Sequence record: PZ151149.1
Direction: 5' to 3' (one strand)
DNA length: 64,000 bases
Source: a phage
Shown here in pieces: positions 44,704-54,691 of the stretch (the stretch's first letter is position 1; every line of letters begins with the position of its first letter). The notes under the pieces were generated by a model that made no database searches, had not been told where the DNA came from, and was given only the letters and a program-made list of their open reading frames with translations. The translations under genes were made by a program, and so were the position numbers.

Positions 44704-46050
44704 TCAACCCTTCTTAAGTTCTTTAAGATCTTTCTTATATTCCTTCATTGCGGTCGTCTTTGTCCAATACTCATATTCACTATGATGTTTATCGGCATCT
44801 TTGACCAGTCGATCATACTCTTCTTGAGTAACGCTATACAATGGCATAGAAACTAGCTTATCGGCGTATGGACGCAGTTTTTCATGTCCATTGATGGATT
44901 GCATTACCTCGGCCTTTTTCTTTCCCTGTAGCTCGATTTCGCCCTTAATTACGCGATCGATAAATTCGGCTTTAGCCATTGCATAATTGTATGCTTCCAG
45001 CGTTTCCGCTTGCATCAATTCAATGCGTTTATCGACATACCCTAATCGGATTTCGACGAATCGACGGATCAGATCGCTCGCTTTCTCGAATACTTCTACT
45101 AAACCACGTTCGTTAACTACTACGATATTCTGGGCTACTAACTGCGTTAGTTTAAAATCCTTCATTATTTGCTCATGTCGAGCGGATTCATCTTCGCTTT
45201 TGAAATAATCGCGTTTCAGTGTTACTTCAAATCTGAATCCGTCCTTAGAGCAACGATCATTATATGAGACAATCAGATCTTTTTCTTCCAGTGCATCCAG
45301 TACCGCTACATATTCTTCACGGTCGAACTTATAAGGAACTTCTGATATTGTCAGTTTAGTCTTGCCGTTTAGTTCATATGTACCCTCAAGAATCACACCA
45401 TCGCGATCATCTCGCGGGATAACTTTACCAGTGAATTTTGGGAATTGAACACTAGGTTCTTTATCCAGTTTTCCGGCAAGTGCTAGCTCTGTGCATTCAA
45501 TAAGGCTTTCCAGTGAATGCGGTAAAATGTCAGTTTTATACCCTGTAGCAATACCACTAATACCATTAGCCAATACCATTGGCACAACCGGCAAGTAGAA
45601 CGCTGGCGGGATGTGTTCCAGATCTTCGTGCTTAGGTGCGCAATTCATATCTTTATAGATTTTAAAGAAGTTTTCATGCACACGAGCAAAGATATAACGT
45701 GCCGCACCTGCTTTCTGGACTAAACGCGATCCGAAGTTACCTTGACCGTCAAGCAGTGGAGTATTATTGCTCCATGTATTCGCCATGAGTGATCCGGCTT
45801 CTACGGCATTAGTTTCCCCGTGGTGATAACCCAACTCAGCGACACCAGATCCAATATCTGCCATCTTACGGAATTTCTTACGGTCGCCTTTACTCTTTTG
45901 CAAAGCACATTCCATAACAAAGCGTTGCACTGGTTTAAGTCCATCCACCAATTGAGGAATCCCGCGTTCCTCGGCAGAATAGATCGCATATTCCTTAGCT
46001 TCATTATGTACAATGCTTTCAAGGCTACGGTAAGTAACTGATTTATTCAT
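44704..46050 (-). CDS. 52: DNA topoisomerase II medium subunit (GyrA-like)
   Basis: About 448 aa (T4 gp52 442 aa); GyrA-type breakage-reunion sequence; ATG at 46050 with GAGGTGA SD (track start is GTG). Confidence 0.85.
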   Translation of the reverse strand: MNKSVTYRSLESIVHNEAKEYAIYSAEERGIPQLVDGLKPVQRFVMECALQKSKGDRKKFRKMADIGSGVAELGYHHGETNAVEAGSLMANTWSNNTPLLDGQGNFGSRLVQKAGAARYIFARVHENFFKIYKDMNCAPKHEDLEHIPPAFYLPVVPMVLANGISGIATGYKTDILPHSLESLIECTELALAGKLDKEPSVQFPKFTGKVIPRDDRDGVILEGTYELNGKTKLTISEVPYKFDREEYVAVLDALEEKDLIVSYNDRCSKDGFRFEVTLKRDYFKSEDESARHEQIMKDFKLTQLVAQNIVVVNERGLVEVFEKASDLIRRFVEIRLGYVDKRIELMQAETLEAYNYAMAKAEFIDRVIKGEIELQGKKKAEVMQSINGHEKLRPYADKLVSMPLYSVTQEEYDRLVKDADKHHSEYEYWTKTTAMKEYKKDLKELKKG

Positions 46051-46057
46051 CTTCACC

Positions 46058-46420
46058 TCATACACGCTTACAAATCACATTCTTTACTTTATCAGATTTA
46101 TCAGCCCAATCCAATAGCCATTTTAACGGAAGGATTGAAACAATAAACGGGGCAGCAATCAAAGCAAACATGATACACCGGATAATCAGGAAAGCGCAAG
46201 TAACAAAGCTAGCGATCGTGATCCCGACAAAACAAAATACCATAGAAAACAGAGTAATGATATAGAAAGGCCAGAATACCCACTCCCGCATCTTAACGCC
46301 TTTGTATTCTCTGAATTGCTTAAAATCTACAAACAACTCTCGGATAGACGCATACAGGACCGAAAAATCATCTTTCATTGCTCTGAATGAGCAATCTTCT
46401 ATTTTAGAATGACCTAGCAT
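46058..46420 (-). CDS. membrane protein (120 aa)
   Basis: Two long hydrophobic segments (WVFWPFYIITLFSMVFCFVGITIASFV, IMFALIAAPFIVSILPL). Confidence 0.5.
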   Translation of the reverse strand: MLGHSKIEDCSFRAMKDDFSVLYASIRELFVDFKQFREYKGVKMREWVFWPFYIITLFSMVFCFVGITIASFVTCAFLIIRCIMFALIAAPFIVSILPLKWLLDWADKSDKVKNVICKRV

Positions 46421-46422
46421 TA

Positions 46423-46716
46423 TTAACCGCCTTTCATCATTGATACTGGAATTGTTTTCTGATTTGTGTATAATTGTCCTACTTCAATTTTTTCTTGAAT
46501 CACCACGACGTTACAATATCCACTGTCTTTAAGTTTTCTGATAATGACTCGCTTTTGTTCGTCGGTGATAGGATTGACTGTTCTCACCAATTCACCGCAA
46601 ATAATAGCACCATCTTTACAATTACCAGTAACTTTCATGCTACGACCGTGAACAACAACCACATCACCGTAAATCACATTTTCGTCGTCGTATTTGGTAA
46701 TAACCGTGACCGTCAT
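46423..46716 (-). CDS. hypothetical protein (97 aa)
   Basis: ATG at 46716 with GAGGGA SD. Confidence 0.5.
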   Translation of the reverse strand: MTVTVITKYDDENVIYGDVVVVHGRSMKVTGNCKDGAIICGELVRTVNPITDEQKRVIIRKLKDSGYCNVVVIQEKIEVGQLYTNQKTIPVSMMKGG

Positions 46717-46736
46717 AATATATTCCCTCTAAGAAA

Positions 46737-46753
46737 GGCCGCGCAAAGCGGCC
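46737..46753 (-). terminator. possible hairpin terminator/attenuator
   Basis: GGCCGC-GCAAA-GCGGCC followed on minus strand by UUUCUUAGAG. Confidence 0.35.
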
Positions 46754-46761
46754 TATGTTGA

Positions 46762-47079
46762 TTATTGTTCTACAGTATAACCGTTGTTTTCAAGCCATGC
46801 AATAACAATCTTTTCGCCAATTTCATCGAGCATTTCATCAGCGCCATATTCTTTAATGAAAGTCGATGGATCATTATTGCTTACTACATGCTGAATAACA
46901 ACATGTTCAGGGATTGCATCTAACAGTTCATCATGGTCATACTCGTTAGCAATATCTTCAACGGTAACATTATTAGCCAGATCCACCTCGTCTAAAGTCA
47001 CCGTAACGCGTCGAGTTGGATATGATCCCTGTTCTACTTCAACCTGTGCACTTTCGCAAGTAACCTTCATATCAATCAT
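46762..47079 (-). CDS. hypothetical acidic protein (105 aa)
   Basis: ATG at 47079 with AGAGGA SD (track start is TTG). Confidence 0.45.
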   Translation of the reverse strand: MIDMKVTCESAQVEVEQGSYPTRRVTVTLDEVDLANNVTVEDIANEYDHDELLDAIPEHVVIQHVVSNNDPSTFIKEYGADEMLDEIGEKIVIAWLENNGYTVEQ

Positions 47080-47093
47080 AATCAATTCCTCTG

Positions 47094-48086
47094 TTAGTAA
47101 TGGCTAAAACCTTCGGTTACATCTTCAACCACATAGTAACGATGACAGCGCATTTTAGCATTCGCATAATCTTTCGGGATACTTACAACGTGACGCGGAT
47201 CAACTTTGCATTTAATGATTCGGCCTCGTCCACCGCCATAGTGCGGAATGTAGTGTTTCGCTGCAACGTGGAGGCCATTAGAGCAAGTGCGATCATCATC
47301 TGGGTCCACGTCTTTACGTTTCATTTTAACCGTGCGCCCTGGGCTATTATCAAATGTATGCGTAAAGAAATCTTTATAATCAACATCAACACGTTTCCAT
47401 GCATAGAAACAACCATCTTCCCCGATCTCAATGTCGTTGTGCTCTAAGAAGTCAAACAGACGATCTACCGCCTTACGGCTAGGGTTTTTCTTGCACTTCT
47501 CAAAGAAGTTCAGATAGTGCGTATATGGCTTATTCTCTTTAATCGATTCCACAACTCGGCGAGTCAGATTATTATCAAGAACAATATTATGATAATACAC
47601 AATACCATTTTCGATACGGAAAGCGCCGTGATAATATACTTCAACCGCTTTCTTAATGTCAATCAGCGTAATAGCTTTGATGAAATCATTATGTTTAATC
47701 GCTTCCAGTGCTTCATTAAAGTTAACATGCGACGGATCAGCAGTATAAACAATGTCACCACATGTAATAGTAATAAACTTAGTTGAGGCTATTGCTACGA
47801 TTTTTGAGGAAGTAGTCACGGGCTTTTTTGCGCGTTCACCGCCTTTTCCTTTACTGGTTTTACGGCGTGCTTTACGTTTTTCTAGTGCCTTGCGACCTTC
47901 CGCTACTGCGTCTTTCTGAATCAGTAATACACGGGAGGCAGTGCGACGAGATACACCAAATGCTGCCGCAAGTGCTTCGCGGGTAGTAAACTTACCTTCG
48001 CCCCACTGTTTAGCCAGTTTGATTTGTTTTTCAGAATCCAGGCATTGAACGTTACGGTCAGAGACGGTGATTTTTGCTTTAGTCAT
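47094..48086 (-). CDS. rIIB: rIIB protein
   Basis: Immediately downstream of rIIA; C-terminal blocks RLFDFLEHNDIEIGEDGCFYAWK, FDNSPGRTVKM, GLHVAAKHYIPH, VVSIPKDYANAKMR, VVEDVTEGF match recalled T4 rIIB; N-terminal HTH. Confidence 0.65.
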   Translation of the reverse strand: MTKAKITVSDRNVQCLDSEKQIKLAKQWGEGKFTTREALAAAFGVSRRTASRVLLIQKDAVAEGRKALEKRKARRKTSKGKGGERAKKPVTTSSKIVAIASTKFITITCGDIVYTADPSHVNFNEALEAIKHNDFIKAITLIDIKKAVEVYYHGAFRIENGIVYYHNIVLDNNLTRRVVESIKENKPYTHYLNFFEKCKKNPSRKAVDRLFDFLEHNDIEIGEDGCFYAWKRVDVDYKDFFTHTFDNSPGRTVKMKRKDVDPDDDRTCSNGLHVAAKHYIPHYGGGRGRIIKCKVDPRHVVSIPKDYANAKMRCHRYYVVEDVTEGFSHY

Positions 48087-48148
48087 AGTATTCATTCCTC
48101 TATTAGTTGGGCGACTATCGCCGCCCGATTCACATCATTATACCAGAA

Positions 48149-48280
48149 TTATTTTGCTTCTACAACCTTGCGGATTGTGCGGTCTGATACATTATAGATT
48201 CGTGCCAGTTCGCCTTTAGTCAAGCCGCGAGCGTATTGTTTACGGATGGTTTCTTTCTGGATAGCGGTCAGTTTAGTCAT
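48149..48280 (-). CDS. 43-aa helix-turn-helix mini-protein between rIIA and rIIB
   Basis: Below track cutoff; MTKLTAIQKETIRKQYARGLTKGELARIYNVSDRTIRKVVEAK; AGAGGTGA SD; resembles rIIB N-terminal HTH. Confidence 0.4.
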   Translation of the reverse strand: MTKLTAIQKETIRKQYARGLTKGELARIYNVSDRTIRKVVEAK

Positions 48281-48291
48281 AATATCACCTC

Positions 48292-50400
48292 TTAAAATTT
48301 AACATTCTTAACCAGTTTCATAAAGTCTTGTGCGCGTTTGTCGTTATGCAGAATACGATACCAGTTATCTACAATATCATACAGTAACGGGCTATTCTCT
48401 TTAAACTTCGCACAAACTGCTTTAATTCGTTCGTTTGCTGCCGTGAATTTTTCATCACAGATCTTTTTAGTTTCTTCGTCCATAATCCAACGAGTACGAA
48501 GGAGTAACTTGGAAACCTCTTTATTATAATGACGACCGTACAGTCTGTCAATAAATTCTGGAACACAGCGTTCTAGTTCATCGTCATGAAACAACATAGT
48601 GATCACACCCAGATATTCGCCATACCCCAGATGATTGGTCTTAACCTTCTTAGCCAGACCAGCCAGCTTACCGCGAACAAATTCTAGCGCACATTCCAAT
48701 TGTTCGTCAACGAGATATTTTTGTGTCTCGTTACGGGTAATAATATACTTTGTTACCCCGAAGTAGTCAAGCGCCGTGTGTAATGTATTTTCACTATGGA
48801 TCGATTTACGACTACGGCTTTCGAATGCATCACCTACGCGGAACATGTGCAAGCCTGATAACTCGCGAATCTCTGCCGCTTTCATGTGATGGCTGGTTTT
48901 ATGCCAACTGTCACCAATCTTTTCCATGATATACACGTTAGGCAGCTTAGGAGTCGCTTCACGTTGTGTACGCTCGGTCTTCTCCGGTTTAACTGCTTTA
49001 GCACGCAGATCATCGGCCTCAGACACTTTAATCACGGTCATTTCAGAATCATCATAATACTGTTTGATGTACTCGAAAGTCTCCATATGTTTTTCGTTGC
49101 GCTGACGGAACACAAGTACCTTTTTATTGATTCCGTATTCCTGGACCATGCCGTTAAGAGTCAGTGCACGCAGTTTCGGTTTATCGGTATCATCAATTAC
49201 ACACAGAATATCTTCTTTATGCATCCATACAAAATGCGTAATGTTGTATTGACTGCTAACGAAAGCAGGGCGCAATTTACTGATTGTGTGACGAGTACGA
49301 CACAGAGTATACACCTGACCTTCTACGTCATTAGGCGAATCTTTACCCGCATTCACAAACTTATTATAGATTGCTACCGGATCATCCCATTGTCCGATCT
49401 TACCCATCTTGCTAATAATATTGCGTTGAGTCGATGAATACTCGCTCATAAATTGCGCAAGTTTACGCTCTGTTTTAATGTTGGCGATCTTTTCTTTAAC
49501 CTTTTCCAACATCATTTCATTGATTTCTGCAATGCGTTTTTCGATGTTCGCTTTAGTCTCAATTGACAAGTGAACTTCTTCACGCGATGGCATCAGGTCC
49601 AGATCACCCAACTCAAAATTAATGTAAATGGTCTGGCGCTGGCGGTTTACAGCTTCTAACCATGTTCCGCGAACATATTCATACGGGATCGGATACTGGA
49701 TCTTACCCATGATTGCATATACTACATAGGAATCGTTATCACGCCCATTACAAACATAATAATTATCAAAGCTAGGGAAATAATTAATTTCGATTGCATT
49801 GATATTAGGTTTGTGTTCCCCAAAATGACGCAGTACAAATTGCGCTTCTCGATGCCATGTCTGAATGTCTTTTTCTTTCACCGGAATAGTGATTTTCAGA
49901 CCATTGTCTTCATAGGTCGGTTCGTCGAAAATCTGCACCATTTTCGGCATAGAGTTTTGCACGAATGCAGTAAATCCATAAGCGCGACCATTGTAATAGT
50001 TTACGATTGTAAAGGTGTCGGTATAGCTATAAGCAGACTTCGCACCTAAACCAAAAGATCCGATATAGTCATTAGTCTGGTCTTTTGTTGATTCAAAGTA
50101 AACCGTAAACAGTTGTTCTAATTCTTTCTTAGACGGAATACCCGTACCATAATCACGCACAGAAAAATACGGTTCGATTGCAGTCGGTAAATGAATATCA
50201 AACGGACGGTCTAAGGTTCCGGCTTCTTTGTGAGTGTCGGTAGCATTGCACGAATACTCACGGACGCAAGCACGCTCACAATATTGATAGGTATTCTTAG
50301 AAAGCACCATAAAAGCCTTGCTACTTGCTTTCAGTGAAAAATCAACCGCACCGCTCAGATCACTACCAAATACTTCTTCATTATCGATATGCATTTTCAT
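48292..50400 (-). CDS. rIIA: rIIA protein
   Basis: 702 aa (T4 rIIA about 725 aa); GHKL/Bergerat ATPase-like motifs (DYGTGIP ... GSFGLGAKSAY); followed by rIIB. Confidence 0.8.
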   Translation of the reverse strand: MKMHIDNEEVFGSDLSGAVDFSLKASSKAFMVLSKNTYQYCERACVREYSCNATDTHKEAGTLDRPFDIHLPTAIEPYFSVRDYGTGIPSKKELEQLFTVYFESTKDQTNDYIGSFGLGAKSAYSYTDTFTIVNYYNGRAYGFTAFVQNSMPKMVQIFDEPTYEDNGLKITIPVKEKDIQTWHREAQFVLRHFGEHKPNINAIEINYFPSFDNYYVCNGRDNDSYVVYAIMGKIQYPIPYEYVRGTWLEAVNRQRQTIYINFELGDLDLMPSREEVHLSIETKANIEKRIAEINEMMLEKVKEKIANIKTERKLAQFMSEYSSTQRNIISKMGKIGQWDDPVAIYNKFVNAGKDSPNDVEGQVYTLCRTRHTISKLRPAFVSSQYNITHFVWMHKEDILCVIDDTDKPKLRALTLNGMVQEYGINKKVLVFRQRNEKHMETFEYIKQYYDDSEMTVIKVSEADDLRAKAVKPEKTERTQREATPKLPNVYIMEKIGDSWHKTSHHMKAAEIRELSGLHMFRVGDAFESRSRKSIHSENTLHTALDYFGVTKYIITRNETQKYLVDEQLECALEFVRGKLAGLAKKVKTNHLGYGEYLGVITMLFHDDELERCVPEFIDRLYGRHYNKEVSKLLLRTRWIMDEETKKICDEKFTAANERIKAVCAKFKENSPLLYDIVDNWYRILHNDKRAQDFMKLVKNVKF

Positions 50401-50414
50401 AATATAATCCTCAA

Positions 50415-50672
50415 TTAACCTTCTACATCGCCTATGTCAGTTTCTGCGTAGATTACATACCACGCCCATAAATCAATAAACGCATTATATGTCACGGTGC
50501 AATCGTTGTCAATCACTTCTTTCGCATATTTCTTGATGTTTTCGTAGGAAACTTGCGAATCAATTTTGTGTTTCCGTAGGTGTGCATATTCATACCTCAA
50601 ACATTTCATAAACAGATCAATCGATTTCTTGTCTGTTCCCACCGAAGAAATATAATCAAACAATAGACTCAT
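50415..50672 (-). CDS. hypothetical protein (85 aa)
   Basis: ORF upstream of rIIA. Confidence 0.45.
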   Translation of the reverse strand: MSLLFDYISSVGTDKKSIDLFMKCLRYEYAHLRKHKIDSQVSYENIKKYAKEVIDNDCTVTYNAFIDLWAWYVIYAETDIGDVEG

Positions 50673-50683
50673 TTTTCTACTCC

Positions 50684-50878
50684 TTATACATTTTCAATCA
50701 ACCATTGCAGGTGGGCTTCTTCGGCAACCAGTTCAGCGCGGCTTTTCTCTAAGCACTTGCTATATTCTTTACGTTCCCAGTCAGCAATTTCGTTTTTCAG
50801 GACTTCTTCATAGTAAGCAATTACGCCTTTCAGGTCTGAAACTTTACGGCTTGTCAGTTCGATGTAATGGTTACGCAT
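50684..50878 (-). CDS. hypothetical protein (64 aa)
   Basis: ATG at 50878 overlapping stop of a 27-codon upstream leader ORF. Confidence 0.45.
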   Translation of the reverse strand: MRNHYIELTSRKVSDLKGVIAYYEEVLKNEIADWERKEYSKCLEKSRAELVAEEAHLQWLIENV

Positions 50879-51096
50879 TTTGATTCTCCTTTGTTACTAG
50901 ATAACGAATTTGGTCTTGCATTGCAATCAGTTCCCAGCGTGCTACTTTCATCATGGAAACTGTCTCTTTGAACATAATATTAGCCCTTTCCTTCTCTCCT
51001 GTCAAGTAGATTTCTGCAATTTTTTTCACAAAATTTTTGGGTTTCTTCATTCTTAAACGGTTTCATATAAGTCAACCTTTTGTTTTCGATGGGGAT

Positions 51097-51125
51097 ATTA
51101 TGCTATATCCCCGATCTGGTGTCAA
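51097..51125 (-). promoter_or_regulatory. sigma70-type early promoter cassette
   Basis: TTGACA (51125..51120), 17 nt spacer, CATAAT; a second TTGACA at 51005..51000. Confidence 0.5.
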
Positions 51126-51134
51126 TAACTTTTT

Positions 51135-51434
51135 TTAATCTTTTTTCAGTGCATCCATTACTCGCTCTGCGATCAGTTCTCTTAAGCACTGATAACCATG
51201 ATATTTGATGGCAATGTCACGCAGATCATTAACCAGTTCCCGTACTTCATGGTCTTTCAAATCGTCTCTGTATTTCGATTTAACCGTGTCTTTAGGTGGA
51301 TTGCGGATAACCTGAAAACCTTGTTCTGCAATCACTGCGGCTTCTCGCTGACGTTCATGCTGTACGGTGTTTTTGATCAGGTCCGCTTCCATGAACTTTG
51401 CCATGCTCATCATCATGTTATTCTTTTTGCTCAT
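51135..51434 (-). CDS. hypothetical protein (99 aa)
   Basis: ATG at 51434 with GAGGA SD (track ORF begins at 51470). Confidence 0.45.
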   Translation of the reverse strand: MSKKNNMMMSMAKFMEADLIKNTVQHERQREAAVIAEQGFQVIRNPPKDTVKSKYRDDLKDHEVRELVNDLRDIAIKYHGYQCLRELIAERVMDALKKD

Positions 51435-51501
51435 TATTAAATCCTCATAAAAGAAAAGGGAGACTCCCATTATAGAGAATCTCCCTTGTATGTCAAGTGT
51501 T

Positions 51502-53325
51502 TTAGCTACACATCCACTCTTTACGGCGGTCTGAATCTTCGCTATAGAGCAAATCGAATAGCTCTTTATAGTTTTCTGGTAACGTGATGATCTCCATTAC
51601 AGGATCGTTGATAACGCGATGATAATCTGATTCTGTAAGCGATGCTAACCCTTTAATATATCGAATGTTATAACCTTTGATATTATCTCGATCGTTCTCG
51701 AAATCTTCTAGGTCATAATACCATCGAACATCATCACCTTTCTTTGGTTCCGCAATGATAATAGGTGTTTTGATAAACCGGATTCGTCCATCTTCGAACA
51801 ATTCAGGCCAACGTGCAAAGAAAGAGATCAGACTAGGTTTAATAGACCCGATCCCGTCGGTATCCGCGTCGGTCATAATCGCAATATTTTTGTATTGCAT
51901 AACTTCCAATGCATCAACACCAAATTGCAAGCCAGTGATCGCCATGATGTTAAAAATTTCGGCGTTCTTAACGATCTTTGCCTCCGGTTGTTCCCACGTT
52001 GTAAGAGTTTTGCCTCGCAACGGGAAACCTCCATGTAAATCTTGATCACGTACAGAGATCAGATAGTTGATCGCGGAATCACCTTCCGTCAAAAACAGGG
52101 TAGTTTCTGCGTCAGTTCCAATAAGGTTAGCTTTAACGTGTTTTGCTACCTTAGCCCGTTTTGCTGCCTTTGCTGCCTTAGTCGCTGCCGCTTTATCTGC
52201 TGCCTCTTTGCGTGCCAGGACTACAGCAATAATAGGCATGATAATGTTTTCTTTCTTCGCAATGACTTTAGCCAGCTTTTTAAAATCAAGATCAATATGA
52301 CGCTTGATATCACCAGTTGGATTAGTCAATCGTTCTTTTGTCTGTGAATCAAAACGAAGGTTAGGCAATTCACGAACAATAAGAATACAGGTCAATCCAG
52401 ACTTAACCGCAGCTTTAGTAACATCAACCTTATATTCTTTCTTGATTCGTTTTACAATCTCTTCACAAAGATCATCTGTCACGTAGTCTACGTGGGTTCC
52501 CCCGTTTTTGGTAAACAGACCATTAGCAAAGGATACTGATTTAAAACCTTCACCCTCAACCGCAGGAACTAGAGCAAGTGAAAAGTTTTTATCTTCGATG
52601 ACAAACGGATCATCATTGTATAGTTTAGCATAGTCCTTGAACTTGCTGGTTATCTTTTTGCCATTAAACTTAAACGTGATCTTAGGAAAGATTACACTTA
52701 AGGAATACATACGGTCACAAATTACATCTGAAATTTCTTGTGACATGATCATGCCTTCAAAATGATCGAAATCAGGGCAGAATGTAACCTTAGTCCCTTT
52801 CAGCTTTGATGGTTTAGATGACCAACTAATATTTTCAGCACCATTGGTGCATTGTACGGTCAATTCATTCTCACCATCGCATGTCACACCAGTAAACCAC
52901 GATGAGAAAAATGATGTGAGAGCGCTTCCTATCCCATTCATCCCCATAGTGACACGATTTGTATCATCAAAGTTAGATCCTGCTTTAGCTCGTGTCCATG
53001 CAGCCACTGGTTGGGGAATCTGTTTCCCTTCTGGTGTAGTGACTATATGTTGTGGAATGCCGCGACCGTTATCTGTTACCGACACAATGTTATCTTTGAT
53101 ATCTACGCTAATAACATTAGCGTATTCAAAATTAGTGCGGATCGCTTCGTCTACCGAGTTGTCGATAATCTCATCAATAATTTTAACTAGACCTGGAACA
53201 TATGATACTTTGGTCCATTTTCCAAAAAGGAAACGATTATGTGATTCATAAGTCGTTGACCCGATGTACATTGAAGGTCTTTTAAGACAGTGAGCGCGAT
53301 CATCTAACAGCAAAAATTCACTCAT
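51502..53325 (-). CDS. 39: DNA topoisomerase II large subunit (GyrB-like), unsplit
   Basis: 607 aa single ORF; GHKL ATPase motifs (DNGRGIP, GMNGIGSAL) and TOPRIM LTEGDSA. Confidence 0.85.
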   Translation of the reverse strand: MSEFLLLDDRAHCLKRPSMYIGSTTYESHNRFLFGKWTKVSYVPGLVKIIDEIIDNSVDEAIRTNFEYANVISVDIKDNIVSVTDNGRGIPQHIVTTPEGKQIPQPVAAWTRAKAGSNFDDTNRVTMGMNGIGSALTSFFSSWFTGVTCDGENELTVQCTNGAENISWSSKPSKLKGTKVTFCPDFDHFEGMIMSQEISDVICDRMYSLSVIFPKITFKFNGKKITSKFKDYAKLYNDDPFVIEDKNFSLALVPAVEGEGFKSVSFANGLFTKNGGTHVDYVTDDLCEEIVKRIKKEYKVDVTKAAVKSGLTCILIVRELPNLRFDSQTKERLTNPTGDIKRHIDLDFKKLAKVIAKKENIIMPIIAVVLARKEAADKAAATKAAKAAKRAKVAKHVKANLIGTDAETTLFLTEGDSAINYLISVRDQDLHGGFPLRGKTLTTWEQPEAKIVKNAEIFNIMAITGLQFGVDALEVMQYKNIAIMTDADTDGIGSIKPSLISFFARWPELFEDGRIRFIKTPIIIAEPKKGDDVRWYYDLEDFENDRDNIKGYNIRYIKGLASLTESDYHRVINDPVMEIITLPENYKELFDLLYSEDSDRRKEWMCS

Positions 53326-53424
53326 TATTAAACCTCTTCATAACATAACCATAACTTACTGCAACCGCCACAAAGACGGCTGCAACAATCATATTAAAAA
53401 TTGAGTGATTGTCAAGTATATGAC

Positions 53425-53598
53425 TCATGACACGCGCACATTTTTATCATAATACCCGCCATTAATCCCGCGCGGGGCAGTTAATCCCTGTTTACATTCT
53501 TTCCCACATTCAGGACATTCTGCCTTTTCACGCTCGGAAATTTTGCGGATTTTCTGAAATTGACCGTGTTCTTCACAAGAATAATCATATAATGGCAT
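53425..53598 (-). CDS. FmdB-type zinc-ribbon protein (57 aa)
   Basis: MPLYDYSCEEHGQF ... CPECG: CxxC-type ribbon; ATG at 53598 overlapping dexA stop. Confidence 0.45.
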   Translation of the reverse strand: MPLYDYSCEEHGQFQKIRKISEREKAECPECGKECKQGLTAPRGINGGYYDKNVRVS

Positions 53599-53599
53599 A

Positions 53600-54268
53600 T
53601 TATCCCCTTTGTTTCTTAACTGAATTTGGATCTGGATTTTCTGGCAAGTCTTCCAGACCCATAGCATAACGTTGTGCATAGATTAGCATAAGAATATCGC
53701 GAGCGCAATCATGAATTGCATCATGCGCTATAAATCCGTCTAGCGTACCCATTGGTAACGGGCATTCACACATACCGCGATGCATCAATGTACGCTCAAT
53801 GGCGGTACGAACATCTCGGATGTTCCAGAATCGCACAGGTTCAAGATTGAACGTCTCACGGGTATTATGAGCACGTCGAATCATATCAACCAGCAACGGA
53901 ATATCAAACGCATTACCGCGTGACCACATTACTGATTTAACCGGATCTACTCCTACAGATTCACAGAATGCGTTAAAACGCGCTAAACCTTCTTTAGTTG
54001 ATACTTCCGTACCATTTGTGATTAATTGCTTTCTCATGCCTTCTGAGGCGGTATTCTTCCACCATTCAACCACACCATGATCAAACACCCTTACACCTTT
54101 CTGGGAAGGAATATCAAATTTTACCAGAAAGGAATTGTCAACCAGTTCTTTAAATGTAGGTGGATTGTGCGGATCTTCTTTAAATCCGATTGCCGCCATA
54201 TTGATCACCGCCCCATCAGGCGGATAACCTAAACTTTCAAAGTCAATCATTAAATCCACTGGAAGCAT
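53600..54268 (-). CDS. dexA: 3'-5' exonuclease (DexA-like, DnaQ fold)
   Basis: Exo motifs IDFESLG and HDAIHDCARD; ATG at 54268 with GGAGGA SD; position between dda and gene 39 as in T4. Confidence 0.7.
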   Translation of the reverse strand: MLPVDLMIDFESLGYPPDGAVINMAAIGFKEDPHNPPTFKELVDNSFLVKFDIPSQKGVRVFDHGVVEWWKNTASEGMRKQLITNGTEVSTKEGLARFNAFCESVGVDPVKSVMWSRGNAFDIPLLVDMIRRAHNTRETFNLEPVRFWNIRDVRTAIERTLMHRGMCECPLPMGTLDGFIAHDAIHDCARDILMLIYAQRYAMGLEDLPENPDPNSVKKQRG

Positions 54269-54269
54269 T

Positions 54270-54512
54270 TTAAATATCCTCCGCGATATGCCGGAACAAA
54301 TCCAGATCGTTTTTATCCAGAATGAAACCGCTACAATCAATAATCCCGTTACCGTAATTATCGGTTAACAGTCGGTCCGTTGCCATGTATGCGCGTACTT
54401 TGTTGTTAAAATTAATTACATGTTGTGCATAGTCACAATGAATCTTTTGACGGTTCCACGCGACAATTGATTGTAGATGTATTACATTAGCAATATTATT
54501 AATAACAACCAT
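54270..54512 (-). CDS. hypothetical protein (80 aa)
   Basis: ATG at 54512; follows a 55-aa gene. Confidence 0.45.
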   Translation of the reverse strand: MVVINNIANVIHLQSIVAWNRQKIHCDYAQHVINFNNKVRAYMATDRLLTDNYGNGIIDCSGFILDKNDLDLFRHIAEDI

Positions 54513-54513
54513 A

Positions 54514-54681
54514 TCAAAAACCTCGCTTAGTGAAATGCTCGATCATTTTATTGATACATGCAGCTTCACTATCGCCGGACACGTTCCAGCCGTATAGACC
54601 CCATCTAAAGCACATGGTAACAGTTCCATTGTGACGGCTTACCGTCACATCATTAAATTCTGGGATACTTCGCATAATCAT
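54514..54681 (-). CDS. hypothetical small protein (55 aa)
   Basis: Below track cutoff; MIMRSIPEFNDVTVSRHNGTVTMCFRWGLYGW...; GAGGA SD. Confidence 0.35.
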   Translation of the reverse strand: MIMRSIPEFNDVTVSRHNGTVTMCFRWGLYGWNVSGDSEAACINKMIEHFTKRGF

Positions 54682-54691
54682 AATAATTTCC

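Noticed and set aside
48886-49437. 183-aa plus-strand ORF
   Set aside because: Antisense within rIIA; no start context.
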